Shown: piece after piece, positions 1-13,768 of the stretch
Numbering within the stretch: position 1 is the stretch's first letter
Layout of the letters: every line of letters starts with the position of its first letter
NCBI GenBank assembly: GCA_002269645.1
Contig: NIVC01001188.1
Coordinates: forward strand, 48,257-112,256
From: Macrostomum lignano
Lineage: Eukaryota
Length of the DNA stretch: 64,000 nt
Reading direction: 5' to 3'
Position numbers and translations under genes: made by a program
The notes under the pieces: generated by a model
Told to the model about the DNA's origin: nothing
What the model saw: only the letters and a program-made list of their open reading frames with translations
Database searches by the model: none

Positions 1-3000
1 TGACAGTGATGAGGGTGATGAGAGTGATGAGAGTGATGAGAGTGATGAGGGTGATGAGAGTGATGAGAGTGATGAGGGTGATGAGGGTGATGAGAGTGAT
101 GAGGGCGATGAGGGTGATGAGAGTGATGAGGGTGATGGGGGTGATGAGAGTGATGACAGTGATGAGGGTGATGAGAGTGATGGGGGTGATGAGGGCGATG
201 AGGGTGATGAGAGTGATGGGTGTGATGAGAGTGATGAGGGTGATGGGGGTGATGAGGGTGATGAGAGTGATGGGGGTGATGAGAGTGATGAGGGTGATGG
301 GGGTGATGAGGGTGATGAGGGTGATGAGGGCGATGAGGGTGATGAGTGTGATGAGGGTGATGAGAGTGATGAGGGTGATGAGAGTGATGAGGGTGATGAG
401 AGTGATGGGGGCGATGAGGTTGATGAGAGTGATGAGTGTGATGAGTGTGATGAGGGTGATGAGAGTGATGAGTGTGATGAGGGTGATGAGTGTGATGAGG
501 GTGATGAGAGTGATGAGAGTGATGAGAGTGATGACAGTGATGAGGGTGATGAGTGTGATGAGAGTGATGAGAGTGATGAGAGTGATGAGTGATGAGGGTG
601 ATGAGGGTGATGAGTGATGAGGGTGATGATGGTGATGAGAGTGATGAGAGTGATGAGAGTGATGAGAGTGATAAGAGTGATGAGAGTGATGAGGGTGATG
701 ATGGTGATGAGAGTGATGAGAGTGATGACAGTGATGAGGGTGATGAGGGTGATGAGAGTGATGAGTGTGATGAGAGTGATGAGGGCGATGAGGGTGATGA
801 GAGTGATGAGGGTGATGAGAGTGATGAGAGTGATGAGGGTGATGAGGGTGATGAGAGTGATGAGGGCGATGAGGGTGATGAGGGTGATGAGAGTGATGAG
901 TGATGAGAGTGATGAGTGATGAGAGTGATGAGGGTGATGAGTGTGATGAGAGTGATGAGAGTGATGAGGGTGATGAGTGTGATGAGAGTGATGAGTGTGA
1001 TGAGAGTGATGAGAGTGATGAGAGTGATGAGAGTGATGAGAGTGATGAGAGTGATGAGAGTGATGAGAGTGATGAGAGTGATGAGAGTGATGAGAGTGAT
1101 GAGAGTGATGAGGGTGATGAGAGTGATGAGAGTGATGAGGGTGATGAGAGTGATGAGGGTGATGAGAGTGATGAGAGTGATGAGAGTGATGAGGGTGATG
1201 AGAGTGATAAGAGTGATGAGAGTGATGAGGGTGATGAGAGTGATGAGAGTGATGAGGGTGATGAGAGTGATGAGAGTGATGAGAGTGATGAGGGTGATGA
1301 GAGTGATGAGAGTGATGAGGGTGATGAGGGTGATGAGAGTGATGAGGGCGATGAGGGTGATGAGAGTGATGAGGGTGATGGGGGTGATGAGAGTGATGAG
1401 AGTGATGAGAGTGATGGGGGTGATGAGGGCGATGAGGGTGATGAGAGTGATGGGTGTGATGAGAGTGATGAGGGTGATGGGGGTGATGAGGGTGATGAGA
1501 GTGATGAGAGTGATGAGGGTGATGATGGTGATGAGAGTGATGAGAGTGATGACAGTGATGAGGGTGATGAGTGTGATGACAGTGATGAGAGTGATGAGAG
1601 TGATGACAGTGATGAGGGTGATGAGTGTGATGAGAGTGATGAGAGTGATGACAGTGATGAGTGATGAGGGTGATGAGGGTGATGAGTGATGAGGGTGATG
1701 ATGGTGATGAGAGTGATGAGAGTGATGAGAGTGATGAGAGTGATAAGAGTGATGAGAGTGATGAGGGTGATGATGGTGATGAGAGTGATGAGAGTGATGA
1801 CAGTGATGAGGGTGATGAGGGTGATGAGAGTGATGAGTGTGATGAGAGTGATGAGGGCGATGAGGGTGATGAGAGTGATGAGGGTGATGAGAGTGATGAG
1901 GGTGATGGGGGTGATGAGAGTGATGAGAGTGATGAGGGTGATGAGAGTGATGGGGGTGATGAGGGCGATGAGGGTGATGAGAGTGATGGGTGTGATGAGA
2001 GTGATGAGGGTGATGGGGGTGATGAGGGTGATGAGAGTGATGGGGGTGATGAGAGTGATGAGGGTGATGGGGGTGATGAGGGTGATGAGGGTGATGAGGG
2101 CGATGAGGGTGATGAGTGTGATGAGGGTGATGAGAGTGATGAGGGTGATGGGGGTGATGAGGGTGATGAGAGTGATGGGGGCGATGAGGTTGATGAGAGT
2201 GATGAGTGTGATGAGTGTGATAAGGGTGATGAGAGTGATGAGTGTGATGAGGGTGATGAGTGTGATGAGGGTGATGAGAGTGATGAGAGTGATGAGAGTG
2301 ATGACAGTGATGAGGGTGATGAGTGTGATGAGAGTGATGAGAGTGATGAGAGTGATGAGTGATGAGGGTGATGAGGGTGATGAGTGATGAGGGTGATGAT
2401 GGTGATGAGAGTGATGAGAGTGATGAGAGTGATGAGAGTGATAAGAGTGATGAGAGTGATGAGGGTGATGATGGTGATGAGAGTGATGAGAGTGATGACA
2501 GTGATGAGGGTGATGAGGGTGATGAGAGTGATGAGTGTGATGAGAGTGATGAGGGCGATGAGGGTGATGAGAGTGATGAGGGTGATGAGAGTGATGAGAG
2601 TGATGAGGGTGATGAGGGTGATGAGAGTGATGAGGGCGATGAGGGTGATGAGGGTGATGAGAGTGATGAGTGATGAGAGTGATGAGTGATGAGAGTGATG
2701 AGGGTGATGAGTGTGATGAGAGTGATGAGAGTGATGAGGGTGATGAGTGTGATGAGAGTGATGAGTGTGATGAGAGTGATGAGAGTGATGAGAGTGATGA
2801 GAGTGATGAGAGTGATGAGAGTGATGAGAGTGATGAGAGTGATGAGAGTGATGAGAGTGATGAGAGTGATGAGAGTGATGAGGGTGATGAGAGTGATGAG
2901 AGTGATGAGAGTGATGAGAGTGATGAGAGTGATGAGGGTGATGATGGTGATGAGAGTGATGAGAGTGATGACAGTGATGAGGGTGATGAGGGCGATGAGG

Positions 3001-5064
3001 GTGATGAGTGTGATGAGGGTGATGAGAGTGATGAGGGTGATGGGGGTGATGAGGGTGATGAGAGTGATGGGGGCGATGAGGTTGATGAGAGTGATGAGTG
3101 TGATGAGTGTGATGAGGGTGATGAGAGTGATGAGGGTGATGAGAGTGATGAGGGTGATGAGGGTGATGAGAGTGATGAGAGTGATGAGGGTGATGAGTGT
3201 GATGAGAGTGATGAGAGTGATGAGAGTGATGAGAGTGATGAGGGCGATGAGAGTGATGAGAGTGATGAGAGTGATGAGAGTGATGAGGGTGATGAGGGTG
3301 ATGAGAGTGATGAGAGTGATGACAGTGATGACAGTGATGAGGGTGATGAGTGTGATGAGAGTGATGAGAGTGATGAGAGTGATGAGTGATGAGGGTGATG
3401 AAGGTGATGAGTGATGAGGGTGATGAGGGTGATGAGAGTGATGAGAGTGATGAGAGTGATGAGGGTGATGAGAGTGATGAGGGTGATGAGGGTGATGAGA
3501 GTGATGAGAGTGATGAGGGTGATGAGTGTGATGAGGGTGATGAGAGTGATGAGTGTGATGAGGGTGATGAGTGTGATGAGGGTGATGAGAGTGATGAGAG
3601 TGATGACAGTGATGAGGGTGATGAGTGTGATGAGAGTGATGAGAGTGATGAGAGTGATGAGGGTGATGAGTGTGATGAGAGTGATGAGGGTGATGAGGGT
3701 GATGAGAGTGATGAGAGTGATGAGAGTGATGAGTGATGAGGGTGATGAGGGTGATGAGTGATGAGGGTGATGAGGGTGATGAGAGTGATGAGAGTGATGA
3801 GGGTGATGAGAGTGATGAGGGTGATGAGGGTGATGAGAGTGATGAGAGTGATGAGGGTGATGAGTGTGATGAGGGTGATGAGAGTGATGAGTGTGATGAG
3901 GGTAATGAGTGTGATGAGGGTGATGAGAGTGATGAGAGTGATGACAGTGATGACAGTGATGAGGGTGATGAGTGTGATGAGAGTGATGAGAGTGATGAGT
4001 GATGAGGGTGATGAGGGTGATGAGTGATGAGGGTGATGATGGTGATGAGAGTGATGAGAGTGATGAGAGTGATGAGAGTGATGAGAGTGATGAGAGTGAT
4101 GAGGGTGATGATGGTGATGAGAGTGATGAGAGTGATGACAGTGATGACAGTGATGAGGGTGATGAGTGTGATGAGAGTGATGAGAGTGATGAGAGTGATG
4201 AGTGATGAGGGTGATGAGGGTGATGAGTGATGAGGGTGATGATGGTGATGAGAGTGATGAGAGTGATGAGAGTGATGAGAGTGATGAGAGTGATGAGAGT
4301 GATGAGGGTGATGATGGTGATGAGAGTGATGAGAGTGATGACAGTGATGAGGGTGATGAGTGTGATGACAGTGATGAGAGTGATGAGAGTGATGACAGTG
4401 ATGAGGGTGATGAGTGTGATGAGAGTGATGAGAGTGATGAGAGTGATGAGTGATGAGGGTGATGAGGGTGATGAGTGATGAGGGTGATGATGGTGATGAG
4501 AGTGATGAGAGTGATGAGAGTGATGAGAGTGATGAGAGTGATGAGAGTGATGAGGGTGATGATGGTGATGAGAGTGATGAGAGTGATGACAGTGATGAGG
4601 GTGATGAGGGTGATGAGAGTGATGAGTGTGATGAGAGTGATGAGGGCGATGAGGGTGATGAGAGTGATGAGGGTGATGAGAGTGATGAGAGTGATGAGGG
4701 TGATGAGGGTGATGAGAGTGATGAGGGCGATGAGGGTGATGAGGGTGATGAGAGTGATGAGTGATGAGAGTGATGAGTGATGAGAGTGATGAGGGTGATG
4801 AGTGTGATGAGAGTGATGAGAGTGATGAGGGTGATGAGTGTGATGAGAGTGATGAGTGTGATGAGAGTGATGAGAGTGATGAGAGTGATGAGAGTGATGA
4901 GAGTGATGAGAGTGATGAGAGTGATGAGAGTGATGAGAGTGATGAGAGTGATGAGAGTGATGAGAGTGATGAGAGTGATGAGAGTGATGAGGGTGATGAG
5001 AGTGATGAGAGTGATGAGGGTGATGAGGGTGATGAGGGTGATGAGGGTGATGAGAGTGATGAGG
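1..5064. repeat. 9-bp tandem satellite (GATGAGAGT/GATGAGGGT/GATGAGTGT) with 7-bp GATGAGT interruptions and higher-order blocks; runs off the left edge
   Basis: Direct reading; the identical translated blocks at 589-903 and 2359-2673 show a 1770-bp higher-order offset. Confidence 0.97.
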
Positions 5065-5844
5065 GAGGAGATAATGAGTCCAGGGCTGCGGTGACGCAGC
5101 GGCCAGAGGCCTCTCCAGTCAAACAGAGCCGCCAACTGATTCAGCCAGCCACTCAATTTTCGGACTGGAAAAAATCAGCGCACAGCTTCCTTCGCTCCAT
5201 CGCCGCTACCAGCCTCCCATCTCCCATATCCCCCTCGGCCCCGGTCTGTTCCGGTTACAGCGGCGGTTTCGCTGGCACCGCGGGCTGGCAGGCGGGGAGC
5301 CGATGAGAGCCGCGAGGGGATACTCGCGCAAGAGAGTGAAAGGGGAAATGGGGAAGATTCTGAAAGCAACGGATCCCTTGATCCGGGTCTTTCAGGCCTT
5401 CAAGAAATCCTCAGAACCCACTTTCTGCAAATCCGCTTTCCCGTGGTTTTCACCCAGCATGATGGGGGGGATGCTGGCCCCGTTCCCGCATCTCTCCCCA
5501 GCCTCCCCTTCATCTGTTCAGTTTTGTCCACTCCTCAATTTCCCCGTTGCTGTTTTTCCATCCGAGACGATTGAAACTGGGCGGCCCCCGCTGGACTGCA
5601 TTAAGAGGGGGGGGGGTCGTGTTGCGCCTCAATTAGAGATTCGAACCCACGTTCCCCTCCTCCTCCTCCTCCAGATGAAGCCAAGCCTCTCAGCCTCCTC
5701 GGGCCGGCCGGACCCGCCCAGCGCTAATAATTCATGGGCGGTGCTGCCGCCCCAGCAGCCCGCGCAGACATTTGAGCGCTTCGGGTGGAGCAGCTCGGAT
5801 GGCTCGGCGAGCGAGTCTGGGAGCTTTCGGGATGCAGGATCATT

Positions 5845-6262
5845 GTGGAGTGACTGTTCGATCAGGTGCAGAGTGACCCCCTGGATTCTGGTGGAGTGAC
5901 TGTTCGATTAGGTGCAGAGTGACCCCCTGGATTCTGGTGGAGTGACTGTTCGATCAGGTGCAGAGTGACCCCCTGAATTCTGGTGGAGTGACTGTTCGAT
6001 TAGTGCAGAGTGACCCCCTGGATTCTGGTGGAGTGACTGTTCGATTAGGTGCAGAGTGACCCCCTGGATTCTGGTGGAGTGACTGTTCGATTAGGTGCAG
6101 AGTGACCCCCTGGATTCTGGTGGAGTGACTGTTCGATTAGTGCAGAGTGACCCCCTGAATTCTGGTGGAGTGACTGTTCGATTAGTGCAGAGTGACCCCC
6201 TGAATTCTGGTGGAGTGACTGTTCGATTAGTGCAGAGTGACCCCCTGAATTCTGGTGGAGTA
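5845..6262. repeat. 45/46-bp minisatellite, about 9 copies (GTGGAGTGACTGTTCGATTAG(G)TGCAGAGTGACCCCCTGGATTCTG)
   Basis: Unit starts at 5845, 5891, 5937, 5983, 6028 and onward. Confidence 0.93.
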
Positions 6263-6610
6263 GACTTTGTAGACTTTGTGTTGAGCCTGCAACAGACAGA
6301 AATTCTTCAAGTGGCTGAAATCAAGGAGTCGCCGTCAGAAGCCGGGGCGCACCTTCTAGCCTATGTATGTCTTCGGGAAGCATTGTTTTTGCTGCCAACT
6401 CTAAGACATCTTGGCTCGTGTCTGAAGCTGAAATATTCCATAGAGCGCCTCCATCAAGTGCCCATTTGTATAAGCGAGAGAGGAGCTGTGCGTCTGTGAG
6501 TGACAACTGAGAAATTCGTTTCCGCAGGTTTGAAATACTCGGTAGAAGCCTTAGCCGATGGGGCAACCCCCGTCTGTACTCAATCGGAAATCCCTACTAA
6601 ACTTAATCAG

Positions 6611-6895
6611 GGAACCCCAGTGTACTTACACTAGACTCAATTACATGGGGAATCCCCTCTGTACTCACACTAGACTCAATTACACGGGGAATCCCCTCTG
6701 TACTCACAAGAGACTCAATTACATGGGGAATCCCCTCTGTACTCACACTAGACTCAATTACATGGGGAATCCCCTCTGTACTCACACTGGACCCAATTAC
6801 ACATGGAATCCCCTCTGTACTCACACTAGACTCAATTACACGGGGAATCCCCTCTGTACTCACACTAGACTCAATTACGCGGGGAATCCCCTCAC
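6611..6895. repeat. 39-bp minisatellite, about 7 copies, with a GGGGAATCCCC palindromic core
   Basis: 13-aa periodicity (GNPLCTHTRLNYM) in ORF 6558-6998 and direct reading. Confidence 0.92.
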
Positions 6896-7427
6896 ACAAA
6901 GCCACTTAGGCGGCTTGCAGCAGTCCCCGTACCAGTTCAAGAATATTCCTAGAAAATGCAGATCTCTGTTGCTGGCAGAGATGTACCCGGGAAACTGATC
7001 CCCTTGACTTGGGGACGAAGACGCATGGCCGCATTCGATCCCGAGGATCATGCGCGACTTCCCCAGCCAAAAAAGTAACGCTCGGTCGTCCATCTCTGCT
7101 GACTAAATCTTCCCTTACACCGGTTTCCTCTCAGCCCGTCACTCTCCGCTCATCGCTTCACCTCGGGGATGAAAAAAGACAGAGTTGTCTCTCCAACTCC
7201 CAGCCTAGCGTCTGAGCGGGGGAGAAGGGCTGCAAAGTCGGCTGTAGGTCGGGGCTCGAATTTCTTTAGAGAGCTCAGAATGGCACAAAATTATCCTCGG
7301 GATGGCATTGCGTTGCGTGAGCCGATGGCTGCAACGAATATAGACTGAGTTCTCTCCTGTTTGAGACTTTGCTGAGACTTTGTTGTTGTTCGCTTTCAGT
7401 GTCTGTCTCTTCTCATTTATTTATAAA

Positions 7428-10400
7428 TGATTCTCGTTTATAGACATCTGATTCTCGTTTATAGACATCTGATTCTCGTTTATAGACATCTGATTCTCGT
7501 TTATAGACATCTGATTCTCGTTTATAGACATCTGATTCTCAGTTATAGACATCTGATTCTCGTTTATAGACATCTGATTCTCGTTTATAGACATCTTATT
7601 CTCGTTTATAGACATCTGATTCTCGTTTATAGACATCTGATTCTCGTTTATAGACATCTGATTCTCGTTTATAGAGATCTGATTCTCGTTTATAGACATC
7701 TGATTCTCAGTTATAGACATCTGATTCTCGTTTATAGACATCTGATTCTCGTTTATAGACATCTGATTCTCGTTTATAGACATCTGATTCTCGTTTATAG
7801 ACATCTGATTCTCGTTTATAGACATCTGATTCTCGTTTATAGACATCTGATTCTCGTTTATAGACATCTGATTCTCGTTTATAGACATCTGATTCTCGTT
7901 TATAGACATCTGATTCTCGTTTATAGACATCTGATTCTCGTTTATAGACATCTGATTCTTGTTTATAGACATCTGATTCTCGTTTATAGACATCTGATTC
8001 TCGTTTATAGACATCTGATTCTCAGTTATAGACATCTGATTCTCGTTTATAGACATCTGATTCTCGTCTATAGACATCTGATTCTCAGTTATAGACATCT
8101 GATTCTCGTTTATAGACATCTGATTCTCGTTTATAGACATCTGATTCTCGTTTATAGACATCTGATTCTCGTTTATAGACATCTGATTCTCATTTATAGA
8201 CATCTGATTCTCATTTATAGACATCTGATTCTCGTTTATAGACATCTGATTCTCGTTTATAGACATCTGATTCTCGTTTATAGACATCTGATTCTCGTTT
8301 ATAGACATCTGATTCTCGTTTATAGACATCTGATTCTCGTTTATAGACATCTGATTCTCGTTTATAGACATCTGATTCTCAGTTATAGACATCTGATTCT
8401 CAGTTATAGACATCTGATTCTCAGTTATAGACATCTGATTCTCAGTTATAGACATCTGATTCTCAGTTATAGACATCTGATTCTCAGTTTTAGACATCTG
8501 ATTCTCAGTTATAGACATCTGATTCTCAGTTATAGACATCTGATTCTCATTTATAGACATCTGATTCTCGTTTATAGACATCTGATTCTCGTTTATAGAC
8601 ATCTGATTCTCGTTTATAGACATCTGATTCTCATTTATAGACATCTGATTCTCGTTTATAGACATCTGATTCTCGTTTATAGACATCTGATTCTCAGTTA
8701 TAGACATCTGATTCTCATTTAGAGACATCTGATTCTCGTTTATAGACATCTGATTCTCGTTTATAGACATCTGATTCTCGTTTATAGACATCTGATTCTC
8801 GTTTATAGACATCTGATTCTCGTTTATAGACATCTGATTCTCGTTTATAGACATCTGATTCTCGTTTATAGACATCTGATTCTCGTTTATAGACATCTGA
8901 TTCTCATTTATAGACATCTGATTCTCATTTATAGACATCTGATTCTCGTTTATAGACATCTGATTCTCGTTTATAGACATCTGATTCTCAGTTATAGACA
9001 TCTGATTCTCAGTTATAGACATCTGATTCTCAGTTATAGACATCTGATTCTCAGTTATAGACATCTGATTCTCAGTTATAGACATCTGATTCTCAGTTTT
9101 AGACATCTGATTCTCAGTTATAGACATCTGATTCTCAGTTTTAGACATCTGATTCTCAGTTATAGACATCTGATTCTCAGTTATAGACATCTGATTCTCA
9201 TTTATAGACATCTGATTCTCGTTTATAGACATCTGATTCTCGTTTATAGACATCTGATTCTCGTTTATAGACATCTGATTCTCATTTATAGACATCTGAT
9301 TCTCGTTTATAGACATCTGATTCTCGTTTATAGACATCTGATTCTCAGTTATAGACATCTGATTCTCATTTAGAGACATCTGATTCTCGTTTATAGACAT
9401 CTGATTCTCGTTTATAGACATCTGATTCTCGTTTATAGACATCTGATTCTCGTTTATAGACATCTGATTCTCAGTTATAGACATCTGATTCTCAGTTATA
9501 GACATCTGATTCTCAGTTATAGACATCTGATTCTCAGTTATAGACATCTGATTCTCAGTTATAGACATCTGATTCTCAGTTTTAGACATCTGATTCTCAG
9601 TTATAGACATCTGATTCTCAGTTATAGACATCTGATTCTCATTTATAGACATCTGATTCTCGTTTATAGACATCTGATTCTCGTTTATAGACATCTGATT
9701 CTCGTTTATAGACATCTGATTCTCATTTATAGACATCTGATTCTCGTTTATAGACATCTGATTCTCGTTTATAGACATCTGATTCTCAGTTATAGACATC
9801 TGATTCTCATTTAGAGACATCTGATTCTCGTTTATAGACATCTGATTCTCGTTTATAGACATCTGATTCTCGTTTATAGACATCTGATTCTCGTTTATAG
9901 ACATCTGATTCTCGTTTATAGACATCTGATTCTCGTTTATAGACATCTGATTCTCGTTTATAGACATCTGATTCTCAGTTTTAGACATCTGATTCTCAGT
10001 TATAGACATCTGATTCTCAGTTATAGACATCTGATTCTCATTTATAGACATCTGATTCTCGTTTATAGACATCTGATTCTCGTTTATAGACATCTGATTC
10101 TCGTTTATAGACATCTGATTCTCATTTATAGACATCTGATTCTCGTTTATAGACATCTGATTCTCGTTTATAGACATCTGATTCTCAGTTATAGACATCT
10201 GATTCTCATTTAGAGACATCTGATTCTCAGTTTTAGACATCTGATTCTCAGTTATAGACATCTGATTCTCAGTTATAGACATCTGATTCTCATTTATAGA
10301 CATCTGATTCTCGTTTATAGACATCTGATTCTCGTTTATAGACATCTGATTCTCGTTTATAGACATCTGATTCTCATTTATAGACATCTGATTCTCGTTT

Positions 10401-13400
10401 ATAGACATCTGATTCTCGTTTATAGACATCTGATTCTCAGTTATAGACATCTGATTCTCATTTAGAGACATCTGATTCTCGTTTATAGACATCTGATTCT
10501 CGTTTATAGACATCTGATTCTCGTTTATAGACATCTGATTCTCGTTTATAGACATCTGATTCTCGTTTATAGACATCTGATTCTCGTTTATAGACATCTG
10601 ATTCTCGTTTATAGACATCTGATTCTCGTTTATAGACATCTGATTCTCATTTATAGACATCTGATTCTCATTTATAGACATCTGATTCTCGTTTATAGAC
10701 ATCTGATTCTCGTTTATAGACATCTGATTCTCAGTTATAGACATCTGATTCTCAGTTATAGACATCTGATTCTCAGTTATAGACATCTGATTCTCAGTTA
10801 TAGACATCTGATTCTCAGTTATAGACATCTGATTCTCAGTTTTAGACATCTGATTCTCAGTTATAGACATCTGATTCTCAGTTTTAGACATCTGATTCTC
10901 AGTTATAGACATCTGATTCTCAGTTTTAGACATCTGATTCTCAGTTATAGACATCTGATTCTCAGTTTTAGACATCTGATTCTCAGTTATAGACATCTGA
11001 TTCTCAGTTATAGACATCTGATTCTCATTTATAGACATCTGATTCTCGTTTATAGACATCTGATTCTCGTTTATAGACATCTGATTCTCGTTTATAGACA
11101 TCTGATTCTCATTTATAGACATCTGATTCTCGTTTATAGACATCTGATTCTCGTTTATAGACATCTGATTCTCAGTTATAGACATCTGATTCTCATTTAG
11201 AGACATCTGATTCTCGTTTATAGACATCTGATTCTCGTTTATAGACATCTGATTCTCGTTTATAGACATCTGATTCTCGTTTATAGACATCTGATTCTCA
11301 GTTATAGACATCTGATTCTCAGTTATAGACATCTGATTCTCAGTTATAGACATCTGATTCTCAGTTATAGACATCTGATTCTCAGTTATAGACATCTGAT
11401 TCTCAGTTTTAGACATCTGATTCTCAGTTATAGACATCTGATTCTCAGTTATAGACATCTGATTCTCATTTATAGACATCTGATTCTCGTTTATAGACAT
11501 CTGATTCTCGTTTATAGACATCTGATTCTCGTTTATAGACATCTGATTCTCATTTATAGACATCTGATTCTCGTTTATAGACATCTGATTCTCGTTTATA
11601 GACATCTGATTCTCAGTTATAGACATCTGATTCTCATTTAGAGACATCTGATTCTCGTTTATAGACATCTGATTCTCGTTTATAGACATCTGATTCTCGT
11701 TTATAGACATCTGATTCTCGTTTATAGACATCTGATTCTCGTTTATAGACATCTGATTCTCGTTTATAGACATCTGATTCTCGTTTATAGACATCTGATT
11801 CTCGTTTATAGACATCTGATTCTCATTTATAGACATCTGATTCTCATTTATAGACATCTGATTCTCGTTTATAGACATCTGATTCTCGTTTATAGACATC
11901 TGATTCTCAGTTATAGACATCTGATTCTCAGTTATAGACATCTGATTCTCAGTTATAGACATCTGATTCTCAGTTATAGACATCTGATTCTCAGTTATAG
12001 ACATCTGATTCTCAGTTTTAGACATCTGATTCTCAGTTATAGACATCTGATTCTCAGTTTTAGACATCTGATTCTCAGTTATAGACATCTGATTCTCAGT
12101 TATAGACATCTGATTCTCATTTATAGACATCTGATTCTCGTTTATAGACATCTGATTCTCGTTTATAGACATCTGATTCTCGTTTATAGACATCTGATTC
12201 TCATTTATAGACATCTGATTCTCGTTTATAGACATCTGATTCTCGTTTATAGACATCTGATTCTCAGTTATAGACATCTGATTCTCATTTAGAGACATCT
12301 GATTCTCGTTTATAGACATCTGATTCTCGTTTATAGACATCTGATTCTCGTTTATAGACATCTGATTCTCGTTTATAGACATCTGATTCTCAGTTATAGA
12401 CATCTGATTCTCAGTTATAGACATCTGATTCTCAGTTATAGACATCTGATTCTCAGTTATAGACATCTGATTCTCAGTTATAGACATCTGATTCTCAGTT
12501 TTAGACATCTGATTCTCAGTTATAGACATCTGATTCTCAGTTATAGACATCTGATTCTCATTTATAGACATCTGATTCTCGTTTATAGACATCTGATTCT
12601 CGTTTATAGACATCTGATTCTCGTTTATAGACATCTGATTCTCATTTATAGACATCTGATTCTCGTTTATAGACATCTGATTCTCGTTTATAGACATCTG
12701 ATTCTCAGTTATAGACATCTGATTCTCATTTAGAGACATCTGATTCTCGTTTATAGACATCTGATTCTCGTTTATAGACATCTGATTCTCGTTTATAGAC
12801 ATCTGATTCTCGTTTATAGACATCTGATTCTCGTTTATAGACATCTGATTCTCGTTTATAGACATCTGATTCTCGTTTATAGACATCTGATTCTCGTTTA
12901 TAGACATCTGATTCTCAGTTATAGACATCTGATTCTCAGTTATAGACATCTGATTCTCAGTTATAGACATCTGATTCTCAGTTATAGACATCTGATTCTC
13001 AGTTATAGACATCTGATTCTCGTTTATAGACATCTGATTCTCATTTATAGACATCTGATTCTCGTTTATAGACATCTGATTCTCGTTTATAGACATCTGA
13101 TTCTCAGTTATAGACATCTGATTCTCAGTTATAGACATCTGATTCTCAGTTATAGACATCTGATTCTCGTTTATAGACATCTGATTCTTGTTTATAGACA
13201 TCTGATTCTCGTTTATAGACATCTGATTCTCAGTTATAGACATCTGATTCTCGTTTATAGACATCTGATTCTCGTTTATAGACATCTGATTCTCGTTTAT
13301 AGACATCTGATTCTCATTTATAGACATCTGATTCTCGTTTATAGACATCTGATTCTCGTTTATAGACATCTGATTCTCGTTTATAGACATCTGATTCTCG

Positions 13401-13615
13401 TTTATAGACATCTGATTCTCGTTTATAGACATCTGATTCTCGTTTATAGACATCTGATTCTCATTTATAGACATCTGATTCTCGTTTATAGACATCTGAT
13501 TCTCATTTATAGACATCTGATTCTTGTTTATAGACATCTGATTCTCATTTATAGACATCTGATTCTCGTTTATAGACATCTGGTTCTCGTTTATAGACAT
13601 CTGATTCTCGTTCAT
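7428..13615. repeat. 21-bp satellite (TATAGACATCTGATTCTCGTT), about 294 copies, no length variants, with higher-order organisation
   Basis: Direct reading; the uninterrupted INENQMS frame on the minus strand shows no net indels. Confidence 0.98.
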
Positions 13616-13768
13616 TCTCATCTATAAGCACCTGGCACTCATCTGTAAGCACCTGACTCTCATCTATAAACACCTGACTCTAATCTGTTAGCACCTGACT
13701 CTCATCTTTAAGCACCTGACTCTCATCTATAAGCACCTGGCTCTCATCTGTTAGCACCTTTCACTCTC
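13616..13768. repeat. Degenerate 21-bp array (TCTCATCTATAAGCACCTGAC), about 7 copies, related to the flanking satellites
   Basis: Direct reading. Confidence 0.85.

Noticed and set aside
6-5094. Many (MRV)n and (DES/DEG)n ORFs
   Set aside because: Products of a stop-poor 9-bp satellite; frames are broken by 7-bp units and no splice structure supports them.
5175-7215. Short ORFs in unique DNA, and a GTGAGT...TTTCCGCAG 32-bp micro-intron-like segment at 6496-6527
   Set aside because: No recognisable homology in any frame and flanking frames close quickly; cannot be supported without RNA data.
13621-13624. The INENQMS array as an alternative stomatin exon
   Set aside because: The TAG|ATG acceptor is phase 0 but the upstream stomatin donor is phase 1.
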